Below are positions 1-11,756 of a stretch of 64,000 nt of DNA, one piece after another. Each line of letters opens with the position of its first letter. Position 1 is the stretch's first letter. A program made the position numbers and the translations under genes. Under the pieces are notes generated by a model. That model was not told the DNA's origin. It was given only the letters and a program-made list of their open reading frames with translations, and searched no databases. Source of the DNA: Schizochytrium sp. TIO01. Taxonomy: Eukaryota; Protista; Bigyra: Labyrinthulomycetes. Location: assembly GCA_004764695.1 (NCBI GenBank), contig SMSO01000031.1:534436-598435 (forward strand). Reading direction: 5' to 3'.

Positions 1-1463
1 GTCATCTCGAAATGGTACCTATGAGAGCCGTGGCTCAGTCTTTTGTTAGAAGCCAGCGCAACTAGAACTAAAATATTACATCTCTTGAAATTGTGCGCTA
101 TTTCTGCCTTTTCAATTTTACAAACCTTCATACCGCTTGGTGTGGAATAAACGTGGTTTTCACTAAACACCTTAAACATTTTGCATGTAGCATGCGCGAG
201 TCACTGCACGACCACCATCATTAATTCATGCTATCATAATTTCGCTTAATATCGTGAGCGTTGGCAATCTCATGATATAAAGTAATGCCTTCGGACTGGG
301 TAATGGCGTACTACAGCTATAGGCAACCTGGTGCACTCCCAGTACTAGTGCGATTTATGATTTAGCTTGGGCTTTTCTTTTGCCCAGGTTGGAAAACATT
401 GTTCGGTGGGTATCGATAGATACCATTTTGTACATTTAATTTTTAATTTGTTTTTAATTTTAAAATAATAACTTCCAGTTGCGAGTCAAGTTGAAAGAAA
501 AAAAATGATTGTTTATTTTTTATGTCTGGCAAGTGGGCACTGAATGAATACCTTTACCCAATGAAAAGGAAGCTTTATCCGGCGGCACAAATTGATCTAA
601 GTAGCGTGCTTCAAGTTTACACGTAACAAGTTATTCAAGGTTGCAGGCAATGCTGGTTTCTTCTTCTTTGAGCTCTGTTGCAAGCAAGCCCTTGGAGGCA
701 GAAGGAACTTGAGGACTGCCAAATTTCGTACCTGAGCACTCCTAACAAGTCAGATAGTACCTTCTACCTGCACGTGCCAGTGTCGCTTGTGAGGAGATGG
801 CAGAATAAGTAGTTCAAAATAGCCTCAGCACGTTTCCAGTCTCGATAGTTGTGCCTTCCTTTTTTGCGATTCCGTTGATCACCAAAATTGCCACAATGGT
901 CATGGAAGTTTATCTCACTCCGAGTCGGCAGAAGTATAGATGGTTCAGAAGAAGCGCCTACCTACCTAGGCATGCATTTCTTTGCGAAAGCTCGACACGG
1001 ATTTTCTGCTATGCTTTGTTCATATGAAAAGAACTTCGAGCTCGCCGCCGCCGCCGCTGCTTCGGGTTTTCGATTGGTCCTCTCGATTGCTAAACTCCGC
1101 GTCTCTTCCGAGTCCGAAATCGACTGTTGCAGAAGCATAAGTCTTTCACCCGATTGACGCTGGACAGTCTCTTTGCAAGAGTTGAGCCATTGGATCATGA
1201 ACTGGTGAGCCATTCGATGGCTCCATAGTTACGCGGAGACTTGGCTCGTTGCACGTGGGCTCTCTGGCAAAGTATCACGCTGGCTGCTCTTCCAGAGCTG
1301 CGACGGCCCAGAGGCGTTTTCGAGCTCCGGCCTGATTGCTCTAGCCGGTTTGCAGCGAGCAGGCAGACGTTGGCTTTGCTGCGCTGGACGCTCGCCAGCC
1401 AGAGCTGCCAATAGCGCGGCCTTTGCAGCAGCAGCATTCATTCCCAGTGATTTACCCTCGCGG

Positions 1464-1508
1464 CATTGATGCTTGCTCATTGATGCTTGCTCATTGATGC
1501 TTGCTCAT
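1464..1508. repeat. 14-bp tandem repeat (CATTGATGCTTGCT) x3
   Basis: Read directly from the sequence. Confidence 0.9.
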
Positions 1509-1824
1509 AGGTAGCCAATGCTTGCAAGTCTGGAGGAGTGAACACGCATGCATCATTGTGATTTGGCAACGAGTTGGTCCTTGCTGTTCGAGTTGCTGTT
1601 CGAGCAAGAGAGAGCGTGCATAAATTGATAGATAGATCAATGATTGATGGATAGATCAAAGATTGATGGATAGATAGATCACCTGCCTTCGGGTCTCCGC
1701 TAGCTACTTGACGACTGACTTTGGAGAGATTGAGATGCGACTGACTGACTCATCGATCGCCTATAATTACACTTCCTTCCTCTTCGATGAAAGACACGCA
1801 GACAAACAAGCAGCAAAGAGATCG

Positions 1825-1970
1825 CAAACAAACAAACAAACAAGCGAACGAACGAACGAACAAACAAACAAACAAACAAGCAGACAAGCAGACAAGCAGA
1901 CAAGCAAACAGACTGACTGACAGACTGACTGAGAGACTGACTGAGAGACTGACTGAGAGAGAGAGAGAGA
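1825..1970. repeat. Compound microsatellite (AAAC/GAAC/GACT/GA)
   Basis: Consecutive tetra- and dinucleotide runs; explains the low-complexity ORFs in the track. Confidence 0.9.
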
Positions 1971-3471
1971 AAGGAGCTCTCTCAGAGTCAGTTGGTGAGT
2001 GTCGGTCGTTGTGGTCTGAGTCGCACCGAGTTGGAGTTTTGCTTCACCGGCACCTTCATACGGCAGAGCATGAGCATGAAATCGCACAAAGCAGCTTTCA
2101 CAGAGAGAAGTCGAGAGTGAGTCAGATCTAAAGTTCCTCGCTCACGTGAGGAAGAGCATCACTCATTCTCTGTCTTCAGTAGTTCTGCAGAAAGAGCCGT
2201 GATCTGATCATGGGCGATAGCGCTCAATAGACGTGGATGGCACGACAGAACCATGCATGACATCATTCATGTGTCATGCATGGGATGTCATGGGATGTCT
2301 GTCATGTGCTGTCATGGCATGGCTTGACACGGACCAGGTAGCAGTGGGCAGAGCTGAGCAAAGCAGAGCAGAGCAGAGCAAAGAAGCGGGGAACAAACGA
2401 ACCAGCAGGAAGTAGAAAAGAAGCGAATGAGCAATCAAGCTAGCATTCGAAGAAAATTATGCAGGACTGGAGAGGAACCAGGAACTGGCTAGAAGTCACT
2501 AGGAGTCCCTCCTTGCCCAGCGGGCGGGTAGGCGCCGCTAGGGAAGAGCTACGAGGTGTCTAGTAGGTAGTTAGTCACTTAGTCACTTAGTCAGTCACTT
2601 AGTCAGTTAGTTAGTCAGTTAGTTAGTTAGGTAAAGGTACTCTTTTGGGCTACGAAAAGGAACAAACAAATATCTTTTCAAGGGAGAACTGCCCAACCGA
2701 CTGGCTGCTCGAGAATCAGCTGTGCCCGCCTGGCTGCCTGGCTGGCTGCCTGGCTGCCTTCAGCGGTGTCATCGGCTCGTCGTCGCCAGCATCTCCACCA
2801 GCCGTGGCTCATCGGAGCGAGCGAGCTCCCTCGAGCAGCCAGCCAGGTAGGTAGGTCCCTGCGCCGCTTGGGACGACTTGAGCCCAAAGGTCTCCAAAGC
2901 CGGACCCTCTACTGTTATGCAGGAGGGAGGTGGTAGTAGCAGCTCGCTAGCGCGAACAGTAGGAGCGGCCTCCGTAGGGGGTGCTAGGCGGCGGCTATGG
3001 TCGCCAGTGTCGAGTAAAAGTATCCTTGGACACCTCAGCTCTGTCTGAGGGAGGAGAGAACTTCCAGGACCCCTTTCGAGAGTGAGGTAGTTCCTCTTCT
3101 GTGTCTAGACAGGTCTGCGTCTGCGAGGCTTTGGGATACAGTCACCAAGAGCCTGAATCAAGTGAGGTCGCGAACCTCAGGTCGCGAACGTAGACAGGGG
3201 TGGAGGTGGCAGTAAGCAGGGGATAGTAGCTGGGATCGCCCGCCTTGTGCAGACAGTTCCTGATTGTACTGGCGAACTCGCCTCAGGGTCGAAGCCAAAG
3301 CCAAAGCCAAAGCAAAGCCAAAGCCAAAGCCGCTCGCTCTAAACAGGAACGAGGAGCCCGAGCTATCTGATCCAGTTCCACAACCGCGCGCCTGACCTCA
3401 ACGCCAGGGGAGCCCAATAAGCAGCGAGCGGTGCCAGTGCTGCCTGAGCTTGCTTCTTTTATTACCTCACC

Positions 3472-6396
3472 ATGCCTTCGCATCCCAACGAAAGTGGTGA
3501 CGACGAGGAGTCCCTCGACCCTCGGCGACTGTCTACGATTCGCCGTCAACGGTCGCGTGGACTCCGAAGCGCTGCATCGGCAATGACCTCTTCATCGAGG
3601 TTATCTGCATCGCCCTCCTCTTCGACAACGCCAGCACCCGCATCTTCCTCGAGGTCTCGCACGTCAAACCTACACCAACAGATTCTCCAGCGACAACACC
3701 AGCGAGAACTGGAGCTCCAGCGACGCCAGGAGCTTGAGGGTGATCATCAAAGTATTCGGAGAGATATTGAGGATAGGTTTTCACGTTCTGCAAATAGCTC
3801 TGCCATGCTCCGAAATGCAATCCCGTCAGCTTCGTCCAACTCTGCCAGTGCAACTATGCGAAGCGCCACTACATTACGAAGAAGCTCTTCAGATGCTATC
3901 GAGGGCTCCGACAGCTCTGCTGCGTCTCACTCGTCTCGAGATTCTGAGGAAAGCCCGCCTCCACGTCGCTCCATGCGAAGATCTGCGCGTTTACACGTTG
4001 CAGAAGCCTCCAGAACGCTCTTGCAGGTTTTGGGCCCTGTTCTGAGAGCCCAGGCATACAGAAACGAACGAGAGGCACTTCGAGGTGAGCTTGAGAGAGC
4101 CCTTGGCGTGAACTCGCATGATGACGACGACGACGATGTATTTCTTGGTCTGCATAGACCCGAGGACGACTGGGATGAAGACACACGCAAAATCATGCGA
4201 GGTTTGGACTCAGAAGTGGTGAAAGAACTCGGGAGATTTTCGCTTTCTGTCGACAACATTGGACGACTTGTCGTGGAACCTAATTTTCGCTACGAGGTGC
4301 AGCTTGCAGCAGCTAGCATAGAGCCTAGAGCTAGAGTGCTCAGACTTTCCAAGATCACAGCCGATAGCATCCCCCCATTGGTGTTACGCAACGTCGCTCT
4401 CTTCCTACGAAATTGTCCAATGCTACTTACACTACCAGACAACATGCGTATCGAAGGTAGTCTCATCATTGATCTCTGTCCGAGACTTACCTCATTAGGG
4501 AATGGTTTCGAGCTCACGTCTGGCGCCTGGTCTACAGAGGCGTTTACGCACCTCAGAAGCGAACTCCGTCACGCAAGACCGCGAGCTTCCTGGGAAAACC
4601 TCCTGTGGGCAGGTATTGACTCAGTTAAACGGGCTGAGGAGCTCTCTGATCGCAAGTGGTACGAAATCACATCAAGGCGCAGGAGCACACTCACGGATGC
4701 ACCTTTGCCCTCTGAGTTCCGCGTCAGAAAACCGGACATCATTACCCCTTCGTCAGCACTCAAAGGACTCCCTAATTCTGTTGATGGGTTTGCAGAGATT
4801 GATTGCCGTAAATGTAACTCTCTTGCAATACTTCCTGATATGCTATGTGTGGATGGAGACGCCAATTTCCAGTGGTGCTCGTCCGTTACAGAGCTGCCCG
4901 CTATTGTAGAGATTGGCGGAAATCTTGATCTCAGTTCCTGTAAAGCTCTACAGACGCTTCCCCATAATATTCATGTCGCAGGAGACCTTGTGCTTCGACA
5001 AGCAACAAGCTTGAGAGGCCTTCCCGACGTCCTCGAAGTTGGCGGAGACCTTAAATGTGGCGGCCTGCGTAGTCTTCAAACGCTTGGACAACAGCTAATT
5101 GTTCACGGGAGTCTTGACTGCAGTGCTTCACGTTCGCTCGAGTACCTTCCCGAGATCCTTATTGTGGAAAACGATCTCAATTGCTCTTCATGCATGAACC
5201 TCGTTGCGTTGCCGTCTGAACTATCAGTCGGTGGTGATGTATATCTTGAACGGTGTGAAAAAATTGATTCTCTGCCAAGCGAGATGCTTGGCTGGCCTGC
5301 ACGTGAAGATGGAGAGCCGCATGACGTATTCCTCGGCAATTCTGGTCTGAGTGTAACTTCGCTCGAATGGCTCCGTAATGTCGAAGCGCCGTTTCTACGT
5401 TTTCATGTCTCTCTCCGTGCTAACCGACGCAATGAAGAGGCTGTAGATGTACCTCCATTTCCTAATTTCACACAGGCAGTATCTTTCTGGCTTCAGTATG
5501 CTGCCACAGAGCAAGGTGACCCAATAAGTTTGGATTTCACAGCTGAAGATGTATCAAAGGCTGTCGATGACGCAAGTAAGCATGGCGTGCTGGTATTTTT
5601 GTCACGCTTGCGAGGAGCTAAAGAATTCTTACTCACGGAAATGCGACCACGTCTGGCTTGTCGTGTGTTGGAAGTCCTTGAGATCCTTGTCACTGACGAA
5701 GTAGCTCGGGAGGAAATTATTTTGCGCATGGTTGATAGTACTGATGCGTGTGATGACAAACCTATTTGGGCCTTAAATCAAATGCATCTGCAGGTGGAGA
5801 CAGCTCGAGCACGGGGGAGTGAAGCGAAGCTACGCAGCTTAGCACGACGCGTCATGAATTTGCAAGTTGTTCACGAGCACGCCATGGCAAAGTGCAACTC
5901 CCTGGGCTATGTGGACGATGTTTGTGTCTACCTACGGTTTGAAATTGCACTTATGGATGACTTAAACCTGCCGGTTTCTGCATTAGCTATGCACTTTCCC
6001 AAGTTCATGGAAATCAAAGATCGCGAGTTGGATGCAGCCCGGCAGGAAGCCCTTGCCATCACTGATGAGCAAGTGGAAGCCTTTCTCGTCACTTGGCCAG
6101 AGTGGCAACGGTTCCAGCGTGAGGAGATTGCTGCTGACATACGCTGGGATGAGCTTCCAGAGATGCGAGCTATGTCTCTTCGACGCAGTCTTCGTGACCT
6201 CTTTGGTTCAAAGGTTAAAGATCCAGTTATCTTTCGTGGCAAACAGTGGAGTATGAATGACTTGTTGCGTCATTGGGTTGCCCACGGGGTCGACTTTAAC
6301 AATGTTCCAGTTACTGCAGAAGAGATCCTCTCCGGACTTTCACGACCCAAGAATTCGCGTGTGTCGCGCAAATTCTGGTCCTTCTATATTGAATAA
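3472..6396 (+). CDS. LRR-containing NEL-type (IpaH/SspH-like) E3 ubiquitin ligase, 974 aa, with a possible C-terminal U-box-like domain
   Basis: Intronless ORF. About eight 22-aa repeats LPxxLxVxGxLxLxxCxxLxx at ~4760-5280, then an NEL-like region at ~5460-6120: FLSRL, STDACDDK (CxD, Cys760 at 5749-5751), DDVCVYLRFEIALMDDLNLP, MHF, FLVTWPEWQ. These match the IpaH motifs SCEDR, DEIEVYLAFQ..L...LQL, MRF and W.PW in order. Confidence 0.88.
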   Translation: MPSHPNESGDDEESLDPRRLSTIRRQRSRGLRSAASAMTSSSRLSASPSSSTTPAPASSSRSRTSNLHQQILQRQHQRELELQRRQELEGDHQSIRRDIEDRFSRSANSSAMLRNAIPSASSNSASATMRSATTLRRSSSDAIEGSDSSAASHSSRDSEESPPPRRSMRRSARLHVAEASRTLLQVLGPVLRAQAYRNEREALRGELERALGVNSHDDDDDDVFLGLHRPEDDWDEDTRKIMRGLDSEVVKELGRFSLSVDNIGRLVVEPNFRYEVQLAAASIEPRARVLRLSKITADSIPPLVLRNVALFLRNCPMLLTLPDNMRIEGSLIIDLCPRLTSLGNGFELTSGAWSTEAFTHLRSELRHARPRASWENLLWAGIDSVKRAEELSDRKWYEITSRRRSTLTDAPLPSEFRVRKPDIITPSSALKGLPNSVDGFAEIDCRKCNSLAILPDMLCVDGDANFQWCSSVTELPAIVEIGGNLDLSSCKALQTLPHNIHVAGDLVLRQATSLRGLPDVLEVGGDLKCGGLRSLQTLGQQLIVHGSLDCSASRSLEYLPEILIVENDLNCSSCMNLVALPSELSVGGDVYLERCEKIDSLPSEMLGWPAREDGEPHDVFLGNSGLSVTSLEWLRNVEAPFLRFHVSLRANRRNEEAVDVPPFPNFTQAVSFWLQYAATEQGDPISLDFTAEDVSKAVDDASKHGVLVFLSRLRGAKEFLLTEMRPRLACRVLEVLEILVTDEVAREEIILRMVDSTDACDDKPIWALNQMHLQVETARARGSEAKLRSLARRVMNLQVVHEHAMAKCNSLGYVDDVCVYLRFEIALMDDLNLPVSALAMHFPKFMEIKDRELDAARQEALAITDEQVEAFLVTWPEWQRFQREEIAADIRWDELPEMRAMSLRRSLRDLFGSKVKDPVIFRGKQWSMNDLLRHWVAHGVDFNNVPVTAEEILSGLSRPKNSRVSRKFWSFYIE

Positions 6397-8045
6397 TACA
6401 AGATTCCAAACCAGCTCGAAAAGGCGAATATGCAAAGTCTATGTTTTCGATCAGGCTTCTTAATTGTGTCTGGTATACGATGCCCCTAAATCTCATGGAG
6501 TAGCCATGCAAAGTGCTATCAACAGCCCGGGTGTTTTGATTTCGACTTATGTTCATTACATTCTCATGGGGGGTCAAAATTGATGTACAGAGTCTCAAAT
6601 CCAGTGTGCATCTTTTAGCATCGCCGGGAATCCTCTACCTCCTAATTTGTCTAACCCCGCGCAAAATAATTACACTAGTCCAAACATTGCACTCATAGAT
6701 GAGAGCTTCCCCAAGCGAAATTGCCACTTGGATATTTGTCCGGTGGAACGATAGTTTGAAATTGGGCTTGATATGACGTTACTGAAGGTCCATTCGTTCG
6801 TGCATTCTTTGTGACCTGAAGATCAAGCGATTCATTCGGTACAAAGGCTCTATTTATAAAAAGCAAAATGTTAGTCTGCTATAATAAGAGTCACCGTACA
6901 AACTTTCATGCGAGCTGTCACAAAGTGCCTCGAAGAGCGTAGCTTTCATATTCGTGACACTCAATGCGATTCCATCTGAAAAAGATGGAGTTTATAAGAC
7001 TTAGAGTTAATATCTTCATTATTCTCATTGAGGCTGCATCACCAGGTTCTTATGGTGTTGCCCTAGCTGATCATTAATTGTACAAACAAGGTTATTTTCT
7101 TTATTCCTCGTGAGTTTAGATAATGCGATTTCAAGGAATAGCCTCTAAGCAACTCCTATACTTCTTCTCCTCCTTACTTAGTTTCAAATTGCCTGCTACT
7201 CTGTAATTAATACCCCTGCTGCAATCTCTTTTTGATAATTATTGGAAAGTATCGCCAGACTGAGGCATGGTATAGAACGCATAAAAGAACTTATGGAACC
7301 TCCTTGCATATGTTGCACGTACTAATCAAAATACCCAGAATCAATTGACTGGTTCTCCGCGGATCTTGGCAGTTTTTACACATCATCCATTCAACCATCC
7401 ATCTATCTGATCTGTCATTGGGCTCTGGAAAAAAACAAAAACTATTAGGATATAGCAGCAGGTTCTATAGCATCATCTAGTTTACCTTCTCGGCTCCATT
7501 CATCCTTATGGAGTGACTGACAAATCACCTGCTACTAAAAAGAGCTCCTGCAAAAGCCAAGGTTTGATCTAGTTACCGAGTGAATGTGTCACCTAGTTAC
7601 TTAGCTCATTGATTTGATTCATTTCCAGGTCCAGTAGCATATGTCTATAGGTTTGACTACAAGTTGCAAATAGGACGAAGCAGCACCAACCAATCACTGG
7701 GTAAGAGAGAACGGGCACGTAAAAGAGAGTTTTAAAAGCAATAGTGAAGGGCTAAGTGTTTATAATCGTAGCCCTTTGGAACGAAAAGAACAGTCTACAC
7801 CTACCTATGTTTTCAGAAAGGTATTTTGAAGTAATAGTGGGTATAGAGAATATCATAGGGTAGAGAAGTGGTGAATCAGTGGCTTTGAATGAAATGGATA
7901 AATGAGTGGAAACGAAGTCGTGAATGTGGAGCGAGCGACTCGCAACAAACCCCGATTAACCAACCAATCGTTCAACCGACTGGGTTGATCGGTTGGTTAG
8001 ACCCACAATACCGCCAGTTTAGTTTCTGCGAGGGCAACTTTCACA

Positions 8046-9545
8046 ATGGGCAAGCGTCGGCGGCCTCAGGCGTCGGCTGTTGGCCCTCTCCGCGGAGATT
8101 CGCTCCTCGTAAACCGCATCAATGCACTTCTGGATGGAGCAGAAGTCGACTCTGAGGGCGAAGGATCTAAGCTCACCTCAGACAAGGCCTACGAACTCCT
8201 TGTACAAAAGCACAGAGAGTACGCCCGCAAGTCGGAAAAGGCTATTAAACAACTCCTCAGTTCCATCATCATCGACCGTCGTCAAGCTTCGAACTCCACG
8301 AAGTCTACCTCTGGAGATCCAAGCGGTGCCGATGCTGACGATGCCGAGGTCTCAAGCGACTCCGAAGCCGAGGCTGATGTTCCTGACATGCACAACATGC
8401 TAAACGGTGGGCTTTATGCTGCCAACCGCAAGAAGTCCCGTCTTGAAGCTGTAGCAGCTGCTGCCGATAAAAAACAACAGCAGCAGCAAACTCCAGGAAA
8501 GCGTCAACCTCTTAAAGGTCGAAGCAAGAGCAATCAACAGATGCGCTCCATGTTCAAAAACGCTGGTAACTCTGATTCGTTTGGCGTACAAGCGCAGCGA
8601 CCCGGAGTTCGTTTCAAAGATATGGGCGGTATTGATAACTGTATCAAAGACATCCGTGAACTTTGTGCATATCCTTTGGTTCATCCAGAGCTTTATGCTC
8701 ACCTCGGCGTTGAACCCCCTCGAGGCGTGCTCTTGCATGGACCTCCTGGTTCTGGTAAGACCATGCTTGCTCGTGCTATTGCGGGTGAATTAGATGTTGC
8801 CTTCTACTCAGTATCTGCCCCTGAGATTGTCAGTGGCATGAGTGGTGAGAGTGAGCAAAAATTGCGGGGCCTCTTCGAGGCGGCACGTGCTAATGCGCCT
8901 GCAATCATCTTTATCGACGAAATTGATGCTATCACTGGTAAGCGCGACTCGAGTAGCCGTGGCATGGAACGCCGCATTGTTGCCCAGTTGCTTACATGCA
9001 TGGATTCGATTGGTCACAACTCTGAAGCTGATGCAACTGAAGATGCTGAGGACAGTGCAGAAGATGACTCGAAGTCTAGTGCGGTTTTAGTTATTGGTGC
9101 TACAAACCGCCCCGACTCTCTTGATCCTGCTTTGCGTCGCGCAGGTCGCTTCGATCGAGAGATTGCCATGGGTATTCCTGATACGCCGTCACGTTGCAAA
9201 ATTCTTCAATGTCTATCTACGAAGATGAGACTTGAAGGTGATTTTGATTTTGAGGAAATTGCTCGCCTGACACCTGGTTTTGTTGGTGCTGATCTTGATG
9301 CTCTTTGCAAAGAGGCAGCCGTTATTTCCGTAAACCGTGTATTTCACTCACTCGGCGCCGATAATGACCCCGTTCGTTCTGTTGATACAATGCGGGAACC
9401 ATTTTCTCAAGAACAGCTTGATCCTGTTTTCATGAAAATGGACGATTTTTTGGAAGCTGTTGGCAAAGTCCAGCCTAGCGCGAAGCGTGAAGGTTTCGCA
9501 ACTGTACCTTCAGTAACATGGGATGATATTGGTTCTTTGGGCGAT
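8046..9545 (+). CDS. NVL: NVL/Rix7 (smallminded) double-AAA ATPase, exon 1 (N-domain + D1)
   Basis: [58 protein letters not shown]; GTAAGT donor at 9546. Confidence 0.93.
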
Positions 9546-9835
9546 GTAAGTATAATTTGGTATTTTAAGGGTGTAGAGAAAGTGTGGTTGGGTGTATACG
9601 GGCGCTATTTTCTCCTTAATTCAGTATCCACTGTGCAGTGAGGATCCAAAACAGTCGTTTGAAGTTCTGTGAAACTATTTTTACCTCCTACTCATTCTGA
9701 GCACTTTGTGGTGTACATCGAATTGAGTTGAGAGAAGTAGCGAATTCGTGTTCAAAGGTTGGGTAGTGGTTTGAGTTAACACTCAGATCGTGAACAATAT
9801 GACTAACTTCTTTAATCTATACTTATAAACAACAG
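9546..9835 (+). other. Spliceosomal intron (GT-AG, 290 nt)
   Basis: GTAAGT donor, GACTAAC branch site at 9801-9807, first downstream CAG ends at 9835; protein homology resumes immediately after. Confidence 0.85.
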
Positions 9836-10652
9836 ATTCCGGGAAGAGCTTAGCATGGCAATTACAGAGCCTATTCGTCACCCGGAGCGCTTCCGTGCTA
9901 TGGGCCTTACTGCTCCCATGGGTGTATTGTTGTATGGCCCTCCTGGTTGTGGTAAAACATTGACTGCCAAGGCTATTGCTAATAGTAGTGGCTCGAACTT
10001 CATTTCGGTGAAGGGTCCAGAACTACTCAATAAATACGTTGGTGAGTCAGAACGTGCCGTTCGCCAGGTGTTCTCTCGTGCACGCACTTCGGCTCCTTGT
10101 GTTGTATTCTTTGATGAACTCGATGCTCTGTGCCCTCGACGTGGCTCTGACGGAAGCAACGGTGTGAGTGAACGCGTTGTTAACCAATTGCTTACTGAGA
10201 TGGATGGTTTGGAGGAACGCCGTGAGGTCTTTGTTATTGCGGCTACTAACCGTCCTGATATAATTGACCCTGCAATTCTCCGTCCTGGCCGTCTCGACAA
10301 GCTTCTTTATGTCCCTCTTCCTACTCCTAAGGATCGTGTCGATATCCTCAAAACATGTGCTCGCAAGACTCCAATTGATTCTTCAGTTGATCTTGAATCA
10401 ATTGGTGTTTCGCCTCTGCTTGAGCGCTTCTCAGGTGCTGACTTGAATGCTCTTGTAAAGGAAGCTGCTATGAATGCTCTGAGGCGCATGCGTCACGAGG
10501 AAACTATCGACTCAAGCTCTGCTTGCATTGTAACTCCTCCTGATTTTGAAAAGGCTATGGGATCTATCCGGCCATCTATTTCCGAGAAGGATCAGCTTCT
10601 CTATCGGTCTATGGAAAGCTCTCCTTTGGGAGACACTGTAAACATCAAGTAA
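9836..10652 (+). CDS. NVL: NVL/Rix7 exon 2 (D2 AAA domain)
   Basis: [62 protein letters not shown]. One extra base at the exon start (see findings). Confidence 0.92.
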
Positions 10653-11756
10653 GGGTTCATGTTATTCTGGACATGTTATCCTGTCTTGATTATTATGTAG
10701 AAAAACATTGCATGTAATAATGAATATGTATGTATACCTTTTACCCTTCTTTCTGTCTGATGCCCCACATATTTCACATTACTGGTTTGAATCTGGTTTA
10801 AATGTTTGCTATCCTTGTTACCTATTACTTTTGTGTGAGAAGATTTTTCATGTGGAAGATTACTTGAGTATCGGCTGATTACTACTTCTTGGCATGAGGA
10901 TATTACAAAATGCTTGTTGCATGTTGATTAAGTTGTTTAACTTCCGTGCAATCCGTTTCACTACGAGGCATAGTATGCTGACTAGGGTGTTAGGAAGATG
11001 TTGAATGACCAGGTATTGTAGCTTTGCTTTTGCTTGAGTTTTAGCCCAAGAGAAAGGATTGATAGTAACAGCCTCTGACTTCTGAGAGTACAGTTTGTTA
11101 GTTTAAAACTTTAAAAAGGCCGTTTGATGACGGTGGCTAGGTCTGTCGTTGGCTTCGCACTACTAAAGGGCTTACAAATTAAATACAGGAGAGTAATGGT
11201 TATGTAGATTAGCGGTGGACATTGAGATGGGTTTCCCAGACCCCAAAGATCTCTCTGCAAATAGAATTTGTATCAGATCTCGCACTTATGTGGTCATCAC
11301 ATATCACCAAAGACCTTAACACATATACCTCTTTGCGGTATGATTTTCGTCATTACAAAGTGCACACGAGCAGTAAATCGAACCAGGAATCAGCTTTTCT
11401 TCCTCACTAAGCTGCATGTTCAATTGCGTTGCTCGCTGTTTCTCTTCATAGGAAAACAAACCAAGAACTAAAGAAAGATCTAACATTACACGTAAAGAAG
11501 AAGTTTTCACAAAGCCCATCCCTCCATTGCAGTCTTCAATGTTGGGGGTCCTCTTCAAGATCATCTCCGACGAGGCCATAGAACCTAGATGAACGACTTC
11601 AATATTGCTGCTGATTCATTGTAAATTCTTTCTTCTACTTTCCGTTTGTAGGAAAAAATAAAAGAAAAAGAAGAGGAAACTGTCTCTAGGCAGTGTTATA
11701 TATGTAACCCCTGAGCCCAACTTAATTTTGATGGCAGAACCAATATTTTATGAGGC

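Noticed and set aside
888-1659. Cluster of short ORFs, mostly minus strand, with poly-Ala stretches
   Set aside because: No continuous frame or recognisable domain; partly generated by tandem repeats.
1700-2131. ORFs rich in CLFV/TNKQ
   Set aside because: Translations of microsatellites; the same applies at 19752-20291, 50492-51155, 59170-60340 and 62458-62820.
9546-9641. C-terminal tail VSIIWYF... of the 531-aa ORF
   Set aside because: Read-through into the intron; NVL homology stops at the donor site.
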